The notes under the pieces: model-generated
Seen by the model: the letters and a program-made list of their open reading frames with translations, nothing else
Databases searched by the model: none
What the model was told of the DNA's origin: nothing
In this document: in pieces, positions 36,801 through 44,171 of the stretch
How the letters are laid out: each line of letters begins with the position of its first letter
How positions within the stretch are numbered: the stretch's first letter is position 1
Position numbers and translations under genes: made by a program
Virus record (IMG/VR): IMGVR_UViG_3300027780_001580
Location: 32,001 to 96,000 of that record
Source: a virus
Lineage: Duplodnaviria; Caudoviricetes
DNA length: 64,000 bases
Reading direction: 5' to 3' (one strand)

Positions 36801-39660
36801 GTCAGAAACACAAACATTTACAGGAAACAATAGTTTAACTATATTTGATGTTAAATGGCCAATGGATGTTAGAACTAATCAAATTACTATTAGTGTTAAC
36901 GGTATTGAAGAACTTCAAGGTAACTATTCTGTTAGTAATAAAGAATATACTGATAAGTCTTATGCAAGATACAAAGGTCGTATAATTTTTGAAACACCTC
37001 CAGCAAACAACGCATCTATTATTGTTAGCTATAAGAAAGATGTTTCAATGTTACAAGCACAGGATAGAATTAACTTATTCTACAATCCAACTACAGGACA
37101 GCTTGGTAACGATGTGTCGCAACTTATGGATGGTATTGATTACGGCGGAGTTCAAGTTAAGAGTTTTGCGTTTAATACAGGAACAGGTTGGAGTAATGAG
37201 CCTTACTATACAACTACTTGGGATTCATATGATGCAACATACGAAGATGAAATTTTCCAACTAGATGGATCAACTATTGCATTAACATTGTCAGCACCAT
37301 TAGCTAATGGCGTAACATATAACGTATACAAAAACGGCATCAGAATTGATGATCCAGAATATGACGGATCTACTGTACCAGGAAATCCAAATGCAGTAAT
37401 GTTATCACTACTAGGTGATGGAGAAACAGATACATTTATTATTGACAACGATAAAATATCAACACAACTTAATGATGTAATTGTTATTAGGAAATCAACA
37501 TCGGACGGAAGTTTCTTACCAGATGCTGATGCATACGATACAATGCTACAAGGTGGTAACATGGCTTACCAAACAGCAAGAGGTATTGAAGCAGAAGATA
37601 TTGTTATTGACGGTGACGGATTTGTAACACCATTAACATCGAAAGGTCCAGAGGAACTAGTTCCAGGACAACTTCTTGATAGTGTGAATATTAAAGTATA
37701 CGATAGAATTAATGACGGGTCAAGCATTATTAATAATTACAATTATGTGTTTGACGGAAACTATACATATGCTCTTACAGTAGTACCAGCAAGTAATAAA
37801 GATATATTTGTTAAGGTTAACGGAACTATTTTAGATTACTCTAAGTTTACTGTTAACTATCAAGATAATACTTTAACATTAGATGCTTCAGTTGCACCTG
37901 CTATTGGTAATAGCGTTAACATTATTACAATGTCAGCAAATGGTGAAAACATTCTTGATGCAGATACGTTTACAGGTGACGGGTCAACATCAGTATTTGT
38001 TACACCAGTAGAATTTAAACAAGGACTATCGTTGTTCATTACACAAGATGGTGAACCTATAGATGCTGTATTGGCAGAAACTGATGCATCATACGATAAA
38101 GCAGGGCAAGTATTACTTAGACTATCAGTTGCTCCGCTACCAGGCAAACTATTACAGTATGTTATCTACGATAGTACAGCTAAGTCATTCTCCCAAGTAT
38201 CAACAGATTCGTTTACGGGGTCAGGATCACTACAGACATTTAATTTAGCAAACGCACCGTTTACACAACGTCCGTTGGCAAATAGTGTAGTTGTTAAAGT
38301 AGGAAACAAAATACTTAAACCAGGATACAATCAACAGTATACAGTTTCAGCAGTTAGAGAATATAAGTTGCGTGATTGGCAAGTTGGACTTGCACAAATA
38401 CCAGCAGAAAAAATTAAAGTATTCCTAAACGGTGTAGCACAAATATTGTCAACACACTATATGTGGAACAGATACAATTCAAGCGTTGAACTATTCAACG
38501 GTGTTGGAGTTGCAGGTGATATTTTAGATATTTACTTACTAGGTGATGGCGAGTACGACTTTGGTACTTTTGATGCTAGTGGCTACTGGAATGAAACACC
38601 AAATCAAGTACAGTTAACAACTGCTCCACAGAATGGAGAGTCAATCACAGTTTATCAATTTAGTAATCACGATGTTGCAAAAATTGAAAGAATAAACTTT
38701 GATGTTGTTGCAAGAGCTTCAGTAACACAAGGAACTGCTGAGTATTCAGAGTACCATCAATTAACAAACGGATTTATTAAGTTAAGAACTCCGGCTATTG
38801 ATACAAGTTATGTGTGGCTAACTAGAAACGGTGATTTGCTATCACCTAATATTGAATATGCATTATTAGAAGATAAAGTAACTATTAAGATTGCAATTGA
38901 TATTGATGCTGGTGATGAACTAGAACTTATTCACTTTAGTAATAACACAATGCTTCCTAAGTTTGGATTCAGTCAGTTTAAAGATATATTAAACAGAACA
39001 CACTTTAAGCGTTTAGGTGATGAAAATAGATACTTCCTAGCAGAAAACTTAAACTATTACGACACAAGCATTAAAGTTAGTAACGTAGATACGTTACCAC
39101 AACCAAATAAAGAGCGTAGTATTCCAGGAATTGTGTTTATTAACGGTGAACGCATAGAATATTATCTAAAAGAAGGTGGAGTACTTAGACAATTACGTAG
39201 AGGTACATTAGGAACTGGTATTCCAACAGTACATATTGCAGGAACTGAGCTATTAGATCAGAGTAATAAGCAAACTGTACCATACCAGGACAGAACACTT
39301 ACAGAAACATTTACCGCAGACGGCTCTACAAGTAGCATTGTAGTAGACTTTATTCCAGGATCAGTTAATGATTTTGAAATATTTGTTGCAGGACGCCGCC
39401 TACGCAAAAATGCAATAAATATATACGATCCAACAGTTGATCTAGATAGCCCAGAAGGCGATATTACATCACCAGCTGAGTTTAGTGTGGATGGAACCAC
39501 ATCAACTGTCGTATTAGCAGAAACACCACTTATTAATACCAAGATAGTGGTGGTTAGACGCATTGGTAGACCTTGGACTGATACTGGAATTCCACTGCAT
39601 AGGCAAGAAAATGACATTGCACGGTTCTTAAGGAACACAGAGGTGGCGTTACCTAAATAA
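24844..39660 (+). CDS. Giant (4938 aa) baseplate wedge/receptor-binding structural protein in the gp7 position
   Basis: Uninterrupted ORF after gp6. N-terminal LPKYFRTD..KKFL, FG-GAP-like propeller repeats, CBM5/12-like W..Y..GD.V.Y repeats, ITNPG.GY repeats and FTGDGS Ig-like repeats. Confidence 0.8.
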   Translation: MAFNDNQSDNALPVGANQSKRTSADHLPKYFRTDSNKKFLSATLDQLLNPGVAEKISAYYGRRIAKARTASDNYVSDVNADRENYQFEPATVIQDELDNVTFYKDYNDYKNQIKAFNGTVSNDSVLNRQEYYAWNPHVNWDKFTNFREYYWLPNGPIGIGVAGQAKDIDSTFTVTSEDNLDNTAYVFSPDGKTQNPSLKLFRGQTYTFILNTPGMPLTFRTQRSLDSEVLYTDGIDDSTQTTDIGTITFRVDINAPDTLYYINGNDINTSGLIKIYDVVENSSIDVDAEIIGKQEYTMSNGYKLSNGMKLYFQGTVTPAKYAQGEWYVEGVGEKIKLVSDENVMIPGTYATDKPVPFDSDAFDRLPFSNANSFAGSKDYVCMNKSSNDLNPWARYNRWTHKTVIEATATINGIIPEIDQANRAKRPIIEFNENIKLYKFGTYAKTNVDLIDTYTTDVFSTVEGALGYNIDDVEVADDMRVLFTADPDSFVSGKIFKIKYITHNNVRQISLIEETDTTPLLNEVVLVESGTTNKGKMWYYDGTKWCLAQEKTAINQTPMFDLFDSNGVTYSNATTYKSTTFTGNKLFSYKQGTGTNDVELGFPISYRALQNTGDIEFDFNLLNSTFTYQENNAVVSVNSDKGVLRQYSDRETFAYVSGWTKGSAESKQLVNRQYIVTTQFNDFAIDVYDRSGDLNDLWVRAYVNDKRKLELTDFVINRINGVAYVTFTKDLKEHDNVVIKTNSATTKNSNGVYEFPINFERNPKNENIASFTLGEVNDHVESITEYRDDWTGTFPGTSNLRDLGNLSAYGHRFTQHSGLTNLALYHITDKNANIIKALKFGRKEYGKFRRTFLQTAETLGFDGQTRVHFDKVLSALNLNKTNDMPFYFSDMIGHGISNVITHKVYDADQAYYSLTSDFSLTTPTNTAISVYRNDALLTHGDDYEFEVGFEGFIKFLKVLTVNDVITVYEYENTDGSFIPETPTKLGLYPAYAPSKFIDNTYQTPTEVIQGHDGSIFVAYGDFRDELLLELEKRIYNNLKVKYDPALFDLHDFVGGANRNTGIPKSALDKGMIAEFIDWLAVVGNADYTDYSFYDTTNSFTFNYSSTNNNIGNTNPGFWRAVYKQAFDTDRPHTHPWEMLGISVKPTWWDAEYGLAPYTSENKILWKDIEDGLLRTPGAPPKYLKHYKRPALTKWIPVDEGGNLISPVDSNYAQEFVLGSTKNAFKFGDESPTETAWRRSSEYPFALIISLILNQPSKVIGLGWDRSRIIRDSAGTVVYKPTGKRLRLEDLVFPNTTSDATRVNTCGLVNVIANYLNSRDVNVYSAYQTNLKSIDNKLGIKIGGFTEKSKFKLILDSRTPYNEGNVFVPDENYQIFLNTSSLTELVTYSGVIIEKKAEGFIIRGYDNVNPYFKWFTPTPKADDPFVTIGGISDDFVVWAEKQRYVEGAIIQFSNNFYVAKENHTTDATGFNQELYQRLPDLPLRGGRSAFFRRSFNTELVKEPAELAYGTMYKTEQEVVDFLLGYSKYLESIGFTFNNYNDNIKEVENWRVSAKEFLFWTTQNWAENSVIALSPGANQLNFYRTHNVADNIFDTFYDYSLLKADGKKLIQEYARVARNDDNEFELKTRNTGDGIYNINIPLVQKEHVVILDNTTVFKDVIYDQAPGYRQARLKVMGYRTDAWTGGFNIPGFIYDSAKTTVWETWNDYAVGDTVKYKEFYYVAKVKIPGTNIFDNKDWEKLEVRPEAGLKANLDYKAKQFGDFYDLDTDNFDSEQQRLAQHLIGYQKRKYLENIINDDVSQYKFYQGFIQDKGTKNSLTKLFDALSNTDADSLDFYEEWAFRLGQYGSSTAFDEVEYTLDEANFRLSPQPIELVDTVSGTETDLIYRIRPFETYLKPQQYNHKPFPTRNIQKNALPTAGYVNPQDVKLSVATYDDILTQTVSALNVGDYVWIGKRGITWDVVKYNRTDDRVLAVQTTTNAGITEFVLTLSKQSNYIIDEIIGIVDVEGAEKFYKVKRNELDTLICYPNGETEDAELTNGFVTRFTSNRISGFNSANLLLSNYNNDLQVGETIWIDTDINNEWLVLKNDPVHVQQQVISNIKTSDSSVEFGTVIAADSRNTTLAIGAYGNNAVYLFGRNTDTVEFTHLQTIEAPGTSYYAGNGNFGKAVAISEDAEFLVIGAPQASNVKTLYEGEFSDATNYTAKDIVSYQQAIWSANYDIGSASGVFNFPSYYTSHDIAVASYADGAYPETVYAIRGRYSFDGATDHILVRAPVNPYEGSAVNDTISLQWNQYSQNYPNGVLPFGVNGPGTASFEGTKTIVAKIDAILYVENLLRIPTVGDIISTSTGIGTVQDILIDNVSTGMIYVSDVNGAFEASGTLVTNSVSMGTYTTIEFNNTNNTFGGWWRINGITSFTTTERSITIPNLVIADYITSTESRTPEVYANTMDDVYAFNQDLNNPTRGGKIGILSHYNKQGLPVTEPYWFIRAPKSITNTLSEGDTFTMGINQVKDSLNTIYDPMVLGLETIYLNQPQTVYALWDGQIEITFTNFTPPPNQVPYVPVEGDIIVEPYTGANAEVVYVQEGLLGATLFVKNLAGTFSYGNMHAATGDLYIQNWQGQGFNRLTGRIESTDLTSSYSGKYIVVKNNDSSLLQVAVPSYKNEIEFQFYTTRTVTGVPRQANTPTPLNKDWTQIYNLPIDPANGVASAYSNEGAYFVYNKTGSGEYSLQHGYTNLERGNDKNLGTQLVLTKHTNLYTLFVSAPGAGNGTNPGRIHFVKTGYDSNGTYDWRVTRDPYYKGIFSEATPYYTDDIVLYSNNFYQSTTNQAAGVFSNSWTLLPKQTDFLGYVPNDTGVQPDGDSTFDDESNTLYNFAHPFTVSKNGQVLATVADFENADPKIAVYRFNNGHYEFTQSIITPLTSTKYASAITLSDDGELLAVGAPLDDSIANDNGKVYVYKNTEGTFNVFQELTSPDSSVAERFGQTVDFAGNELMVSSQGGNLVNNTSFDRYELPADPQPQTYLDDSTLVTAQYVNNKESDLAVETSFDNNLTQFSKENLDSGEVFVYQFVGGYLLYGEKLAFNNSDVERFGEFVHASLNHIYVSMPELSASTTGNNFIGTVVDYKRQRNKLPWIEYRTPTKQVDLSKFKGVFIYAKDGSGTATQLDYIDPIQGKIAGPAEEELAFSTPFDPATYTESDQSTVNVDQENYWAEEHVGKLWWDISTVQWVEPYQNNIIYNTANFNQLMVGASVDVYEWVESTLTPTRWLELADTEDGLSRGISGTPKYGTATFVTKRLYNNVSGAFYNRYYYWVKNTKIIPNLENRSASAFDVAQLIQDPVAQGYKFVAIYANNRFGLYNCGSLVEDDKKAINFRYWTIENQDINTHSQYQLITDGLSTSKPNKDLEEKWIDSLIGVDVYNRPVPDPALSFKQKYGILNRPRQSMFRNNIEALKQVVERVNRVLVKELIVDEFSFVNLLSKDPQPDLISAKYDIAVDTHSELGFVSISKVKPATLTPIFEEGKLIRVDITNPGAGYLTVPIYKFEQVGDGEKAQIKITLNASGGIATVTVRNPGKNYASSTNLALRLFSVLVKSDENVNNKWSIFAYNTITGLYERTSTQSYDCSAWWDYIDWYSAGYSKFTEVDFTIDQSYLLTSLDDSIGDIIKINNVGAGGWLLLEKISNEEAADYTTNYQTIGRQNGTIAFKETLYNFAKSYVGFDGLSYDTSFYDNQPTLELRILLKALKEDLFVDNLEVEYNQLFLASIRYAFAEQPFVDWAFKSSFIKAKHNAGDLQQKVTFQNDSLPSYEEFVKETKPFKTKIREYLSSYTKTDETESSISDFDFAPQYNEDTQRIEPASLKVKDNLIYGQDANLNVYPNKHWLDNVGFEVVSCNISDPGVGYTEIPVIKFVGGGGTGAKGLAKLGSGGSVVSIEVTNPGSGYLSAPTVEVEGSLSTTITSRTAKISAQLGNSKVRSLHLRSKFDRVTGTFLITTLSETQTFTGNNSLTIFDVKWPMDVRTNQITISVNGIEELQGNYSVSNKEYTDKSYARYKGRIIFETPPANNASIIVSYKKDVSMLQAQDRINLFYNPTTGQLGNDVSQLMDGIDYGGVQVKSFAFNTGTGWSNEPYYTTTWDSYDATYEDEIFQLDGSTIALTLSAPLANGVTYNVYKNGIRIDDPEYDGSTVPGNPNAVMLSLLGDGETDTFIIDNDKISTQLNDVIVIRKSTSDGSFLPDADAYDTMLQGGNMAYQTARGIEAEDIVIDGDGFVTPLTSKGPEELVPGQLLDSVNIKVYDRINDGSSIINNYNYVFDGNYTYALTVVPASNKDIFVKVNGTILDYSKFTVNYQDNTLTLDASVAPAIGNSVNIITMSANGENILDADTFTGDGSTSVFVTPVEFKQGLSLFITQDGEPIDAVLAETDASYDKAGQVLLRLSVAPLPGKLLQYVIYDSTAKSFSQVSTDSFTGSGSLQTFNLANAPFTQRPLANSVVVKVGNKILKPGYNQQYTVSAVREYKLRDWQVGLAQIPAEKIKVFLNGVAQILSTHYMWNRYNSSVELFNGVGVAGDILDIYLLGDGEYDFGTFDASGYWNETPNQVQLTTAPQNGESITVYQFSNHDVAKIERINFDVVARASVTQGTAEYSEYHQLTNGFIKLRTPAIDTSYVWLTRNGDLLSPNIEYALLEDKVTIKIAIDIDAGDELELIHFSNNTMLPKFGFSQFKDILNRTHFKRLGDENRYFLAENLNYYDTSIKVSNVDTLPQPNKERSIPGIVFINGERIEYYLKEGGVLRQLRRGTLGTGIPTVHIAGTELLDQSNKQTVPYQDRTLTETFTADGSTSSIVVDFIPGSVNDFEIFVAGRRLRKNAINIYDPTVDLDSPEGDITSPAEFSVDGTTSTVVLAETPLINTKIVVVRRIGRPWTDTGIPLHRQENDIARFLRNTEVALPK

Positions 39661-39679
39661 ATACACTTGTAGGAAACAT

Positions 39680-40297
39680 ATGATGACAGATAAATTTAAT
39701 GATAAACAAGGTGTTCTTTTACAAGGGCACATCAAGATACACAATCCAGAGACTGGTGAAATCTTGGTGGACAAGCGTAATGCTATTCACTACGAAAACA
39801 TGAGTATCTCATTAGCGGAGAGTCTATCTAACCAAGGACAAGGAATGGTATACCAAATGGCATTTGGTAACGGCGGTACAAATGTTGACCCAACAGGCAT
39901 CATTACGTACTTGTCACCAAACTCCACTGGAACTAATGCTAGTTTGTATAACCAAACATATGCTAAAGTTATTGACAATAATAACGTTAATAACGTAGAT
40001 CCTACTAGAAACAAATTAGAGACTAGACACGTAAGTGGCACAAACTACACAGATATTGTAGCAACATGTTTACTTGATTACGGTGAGCCTAGTGGACAAG
40101 ATGCATTAGACAATGCAACAGCTAATGATAGCTTATACGTGTTTGACGAATTAGGTCTTGTAAGTTACGCAAGTAGCGGCACAGGCAGATTACTAACGCA
40201 TGTAATTTTCCACCCTGTACAAAAATCACTAAACAGATTAATCCAAATTGATTATACTGTTAGAGTACAGAGTTTAACAGGTTTTAACGAGGTTTAA
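39680..40297 (+). CDS. Baseplate/tail-fibre attachment structural protein
   Basis: GHIKI...GEILVDKRNAI, MAFGNGG, FDELGL and LLTHVIFHPVQKS. Tandem TAAATA at 39653-39663 upstream. Confidence 0.6.
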   Translation: MMTDKFNDKQGVLLQGHIKIHNPETGEILVDKRNAIHYENMSISLAESLSNQGQGMVYQMAFGNGGTNVDPTGIITYLSPNSTGTNASLYNQTYAKVIDNNNVNNVDPTRNKLETRHVSGTNYTDIVATCLLDYGEPSGQDALDNATANDSLYVFDELGLVSYASSGTGRLLTHVIFHPVQKSLNRLIQIDYTVRVQSLTGFNEV

Positions 40298-40300
40298 TAA

Positions 40301-42331
40301 ATGGCATATACCGTAAACTATACTGACTTATCCCAAAAAGGTAGCATTGTTGTAGAAGACAATACTGTCAATCAACAAACATCGTTAGATTTGCCAGGCA
40401 GAAATACAACTGCTTACGGTACAGCTATTGCCGAAAACTTTTTACACTTACTAGAAAACTTTGCTTTTAACACAGCACCGACAAATCCAGTAGAAGGTCA
40501 GCTATGGTATGATACAACACCAGGCATTGATCAACTAAAATTGTATGACGGAACTAATTGGGTTAGTGCAAGTGGACTTAAAAAAGCAACCACACAACCA
40601 GAAGCAAACCAATCAGTAGTTGGCGACTTATGGGTTGATACTGACAACCAACAATTATACTTGTTTACAGGTTCGGGTTGGATCTTAGTTGGACCAACAT
40701 TTAGTGATGGTCTTTCAACTGGAGTTAAGCCTGATACTATTATTGGTACAGACAATATTACATACACAGTTCTAATTGTTGAAGTTAAAGCAAAAACTTT
40801 AGCAATTATGGCCACTGATGCATTTACACCAAAGACTACGTTGCAAGGTTTTACAACTATTAGTCCAGGGTACAATTTAAGTACATTTGATATTACTGGT
40901 TCAGGTGTTGGAAAATATCGCGGCACAGCAGAAAAAGCAGAAGCATTAGTAGTTGGAGCAGAAAATGTTCCAGCGGCAAACTTCTTAAGAGCTGATAAAG
41001 AAACTAACAGTCTTGTTCCAATAAAGATTAAAAACAATTCAGGACTTACAGTTGGTGCAGATAGTGCATTGAATATCGGCATTGAAGGACAAGCAGGAAT
41101 TATTGGTCACCAAACAAGTGGATCAAACATTGATATTAGAGTTAACAATGAAGGCACAACTACTACAGTATTGCGTGTTGACTCAACAAGTAAAATTGGT
41201 ATTAACAATTTAGCACCAGTTGAAGCATTAGATGTTATTGGTAATATTCAAACAAATAGTCAAATACTAGTTAACGGTACAACAGACTCTGCAACAATTA
41301 ATACAGGTAGCGCCATTATTAAAGGTGGTGTTGGTATTGCTAAGAAGTTATTTGTAGGTAGTGACACAAACATTGCAGGGTTATTAACCACAGGCAACAT
41401 TGTTCCAAACATTACAACAACACGAAATATTGGTACTGCAAACGAACAGTTCTTAAATGTATTTTCGCAAAACTTTATAGGTAATGTTACAGGTAACGTT
41501 ACAGGATCAATTAGTGGTAGATCAGGATCTACTGATAAGTTAGCAAGTGCAACAACATTTAGAATGACAGGTGACGTTAGTGCTTCTGAGTTTACATTTA
41601 ACGGACAAGACGAAAGTGTTAAAACTTTTATTACGTCAATTGATAACACGTTTATTGCAAATAAAACAGAACAAGCATTAAGTAACTCCACTGATGAAAT
41701 TATGTTCAACAGAGTAACTGGTGATACTGGTGTATATAAGATATCAAGAACTAACTTGTTTAAAGCAATTCCGCAACTTCCAGTTGGAATGGTTACGGCA
41801 TTTGCCGCAGGCGTTCTACCAGCTGATTGGTTAATTTGTGATGGTAGAGAAGTTACTATTGCTGAATACCAAAACTTGTTTAATGTAATCTTATACAACT
41901 ATAAAGCACAATCACTTGTAACAGCAGGTAAATTTGCTTTACCAGACTTACGTGGTAGATTTATGCTAGGCCTAGATAACATGGGTGGCGAAAGTGCTAA
42001 CGTTGTAACAAGTGCCGCGGCAGATACAATAGGTAATGTTGAAGGACAACAAACACAATCCGTTGGACTTACTAACTTACCAGAACACGAACATGATCAA
42101 CGTGGCCCAAGTGGAGATCAGTACTACATATCAAGAGATATTACAGGTACACCAAACGATCCACAAGGTATACAATATGATGCACCAACAGGAACAGGAG
42201 CGGCCCAGGCTTATCCATCATCAGGTGGCATCTTAACAAATAGTGCAATTGGACAACCAATAGACATTATGAACCCATATATGTCGATGAACTTTATCAT
42301 ATATGCTGGTGCTAATACGGGAGCAGTATAA
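40301..42331 (+). CDS. Tail fibre with tail-collar domain (gp10/gp12-like)
   Basis: Collar motif PVGMVTAFA...WLICDG...FALPDLRGRF and tip NLPEHEH...MNPYMSMNFII. Confidence 0.8.
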   Translation: MAYTVNYTDLSQKGSIVVEDNTVNQQTSLDLPGRNTTAYGTAIAENFLHLLENFAFNTAPTNPVEGQLWYDTTPGIDQLKLYDGTNWVSASGLKKATTQPEANQSVVGDLWVDTDNQQLYLFTGSGWILVGPTFSDGLSTGVKPDTIIGTDNITYTVLIVEVKAKTLAIMATDAFTPKTTLQGFTTISPGYNLSTFDITGSGVGKYRGTAEKAEALVVGAENVPAANFLRADKETNSLVPIKIKNNSGLTVGADSALNIGIEGQAGIIGHQTSGSNIDIRVNNEGTTTTVLRVDSTSKIGINNLAPVEALDVIGNIQTNSQILVNGTTDSATINTGSAIIKGGVGIAKKLFVGSDTNIAGLLTTGNIVPNITTTRNIGTANEQFLNVFSQNFIGNVTGNVTGSISGRSGSTDKLASATTFRMTGDVSASEFTFNGQDESVKTFITSIDNTFIANKTEQALSNSTDEIMFNRVTGDTGVYKISRTNLFKAIPQLPVGMVTAFAAGVLPADWLICDGREVTIAEYQNLFNVILYNYKAQSLVTAGKFALPDLRGRFMLGLDNMGGESANVVTSAAADTIGNVEGQQTQSVGLTNLPEHEHDQRGPSGDQYYISRDITGTPNDPQGIQYDAPTGTGAAQAYPSSGGILTNSAIGQPIDIMNPYMSMNFIIYAGANTGAV

Positions 42332-44142
42332 TGAGTTATAAATTAAATAAAACAGACGGCTCGTTACTTGTAGATCTAGTAGATGGTAAATTAGATACTA
42401 CAACTACTGATATTTCATTAATTGGTAAAAACTATTCAGGATTCGGCGAAAGCATTAACGAAAACTTTATTAAGATTTTAGAAAACTTTGCAAATACTTC
42501 TGCACCAAGTCTTCCGTTAAAAGGACAGCTATGGTACGATTCACAAGAAGCAAGATTAAAAGTTTATGACGGATCAAACTTTAGAACCAGTGGCGGTCCT
42601 ATTGTACAAAATTCACAACCAGGTGTTGGCGTAGTTGCAGGTGATCTTTGGATTAATAATGCAACAAAGCAATTACACTTTTATGACGGAACACAATTTA
42701 ACCTAGCAGGCCCTGTTTATACAAGTGATCAAGGCAAGTCAGGTTTTGAAACTGTAACAATTTTAGATAACCAAAACAATAGTAAAACTGTTGTAAGGTT
42801 TTCAATTGCCGGAACACTAATTGGAATATTTTCAAACAACGAATTTACGCCATCAGCGGCATATGCTATTACAGGGTTAGCTAGTATTAAGAAAGGCTTT
42901 AATATTATTTCAACTGTCACTGACTTTGTATTTAGAGGGTCAGCTGATAGTGCATCAGCACTAGTTGATGCGGCTGGAGTTGCAAAGAGTGCATCACAGT
43001 TTTTATCAGCAGATACAAACGCTACTACTATTGGAACACTAACAGTTGCTAACAGCGGCGGAATTACAATTGGTACAGCACAAAATAATATTCAAAAGGT
43101 AGTTGGAACTAGTGTTGTTAACGAAAACCAATTGTCAAATCATGATTACAAAATTAGAGTTAGAAAAGCAACAGGCTTTGTTGATGCAGTAACTATTGAC
43201 ACATCAGAATCATTCTTAGGTATATTTAAAGATGCACCACAGCATACACTACATGTTGGTGGAGATATGCGTGTTGACGGAAATTTATATTTGACGTCAC
43301 CAGCTGTTGCTATTGAAACACAAGATTTAAGAGTTGAAGATAAGAATATTGAACTAGGTATTACTAGTGATAGTACATTATTAAATAATGCCGGAGTTGA
43401 TAGCGGTGGAGTTATTCTTAAATCAAGTGATCTTGATAAAGAATGGCTTTGGAAAAATGCTACAGGAGCGTGGACATCAAGTGAAAATATTGATGTTGTT
43501 GCAACTAAGTGGTATAAAGCAGAAGGTGTTAATGTATTAAACAAAACAGAACTAGGATCAAGTGTAACACAAGCACTTGGACTTACTGATATTGGTACAC
43601 TAAATCAACTTAATGTAGACCAAACTAACATTCAGGGTGCGAAGATTTCAACTAGCACACCTTTACAGTTAGAAAGTACTGGTTCTATTACAATTACTAA
43701 TAACCAAAAAATTACAGGACTAGCGGAACCAACAACTAACACGGATGCCGCTACAAAGTATTATGTTGACGATCAAATTAATCTAGAACCGGTTACTTTA
43801 AGTTTAGACGTCACAGGATTAACTAACACGAATATTGCTACAATTATTGAAGACATATATCCTGCTAGTAATAAGAAAACAGGCACATATGCGTATGTTG
43901 CAACATCAACTATTTCAGGTGCTACGGTTACTGGTATTGACGTTGATGCGGCTAAAAACATATCATACATTGCTGTAGACGCTAATGGTGTATTAAACCA
44001 GAGTGTGGTACAGGATGTTGCGTTTGCATCAGCGGCAGGTGTAGTTAACGTTACTGTAGGACGTGGGTTAAAACGCTTTATAGTAGCCGCAGGTGCGTGG
44101 ACATTTGATAACGATCTTGGATCAAGCGGCGGCTTGTGGTAA
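42331..44142 (+). CDS. Tail fibre/structural protein
   Basis: Shares the N-terminal GKNY.G.GE..NENF...LENF...GQLWYD domain with its neighbours; DAATKYYVD motif. Confidence 0.75.
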   Translation: MSYKLNKTDGSLLVDLVDGKLDTTTTDISLIGKNYSGFGESINENFIKILENFANTSAPSLPLKGQLWYDSQEARLKVYDGSNFRTSGGPIVQNSQPGVGVVAGDLWINNATKQLHFYDGTQFNLAGPVYTSDQGKSGFETVTILDNQNNSKTVVRFSIAGTLIGIFSNNEFTPSAAYAITGLASIKKGFNIISTVTDFVFRGSADSASALVDAAGVAKSASQFLSADTNATTIGTLTVANSGGITIGTAQNNIQKVVGTSVVNENQLSNHDYKIRVRKATGFVDAVTIDTSESFLGIFKDAPQHTLHVGGDMRVDGNLYLTSPAVAIETQDLRVEDKNIELGITSDSTLLNNAGVDSGGVILKSSDLDKEWLWKNATGAWTSSENIDVVATKWYKAEGVNVLNKTELGSSVTQALGLTDIGTLNQLNVDQTNIQGAKISTSTPLQLESTGSITITNNQKITGLAEPTTNTDAATKYYVDDQINLEPVTLSLDVTGLTNTNIATIIEDIYPASNKKTGTYAYVATSTISGATVTGIDVDAAKNISYIAVDANGVLNQSVVQDVAFASAAGVVNVTVGRGLKRFIVAAGAWTFDNDLGSSGGLW

Positions 44143-44171
44143 AAGATAAATAGTAACATAGAGGAAAAGAA

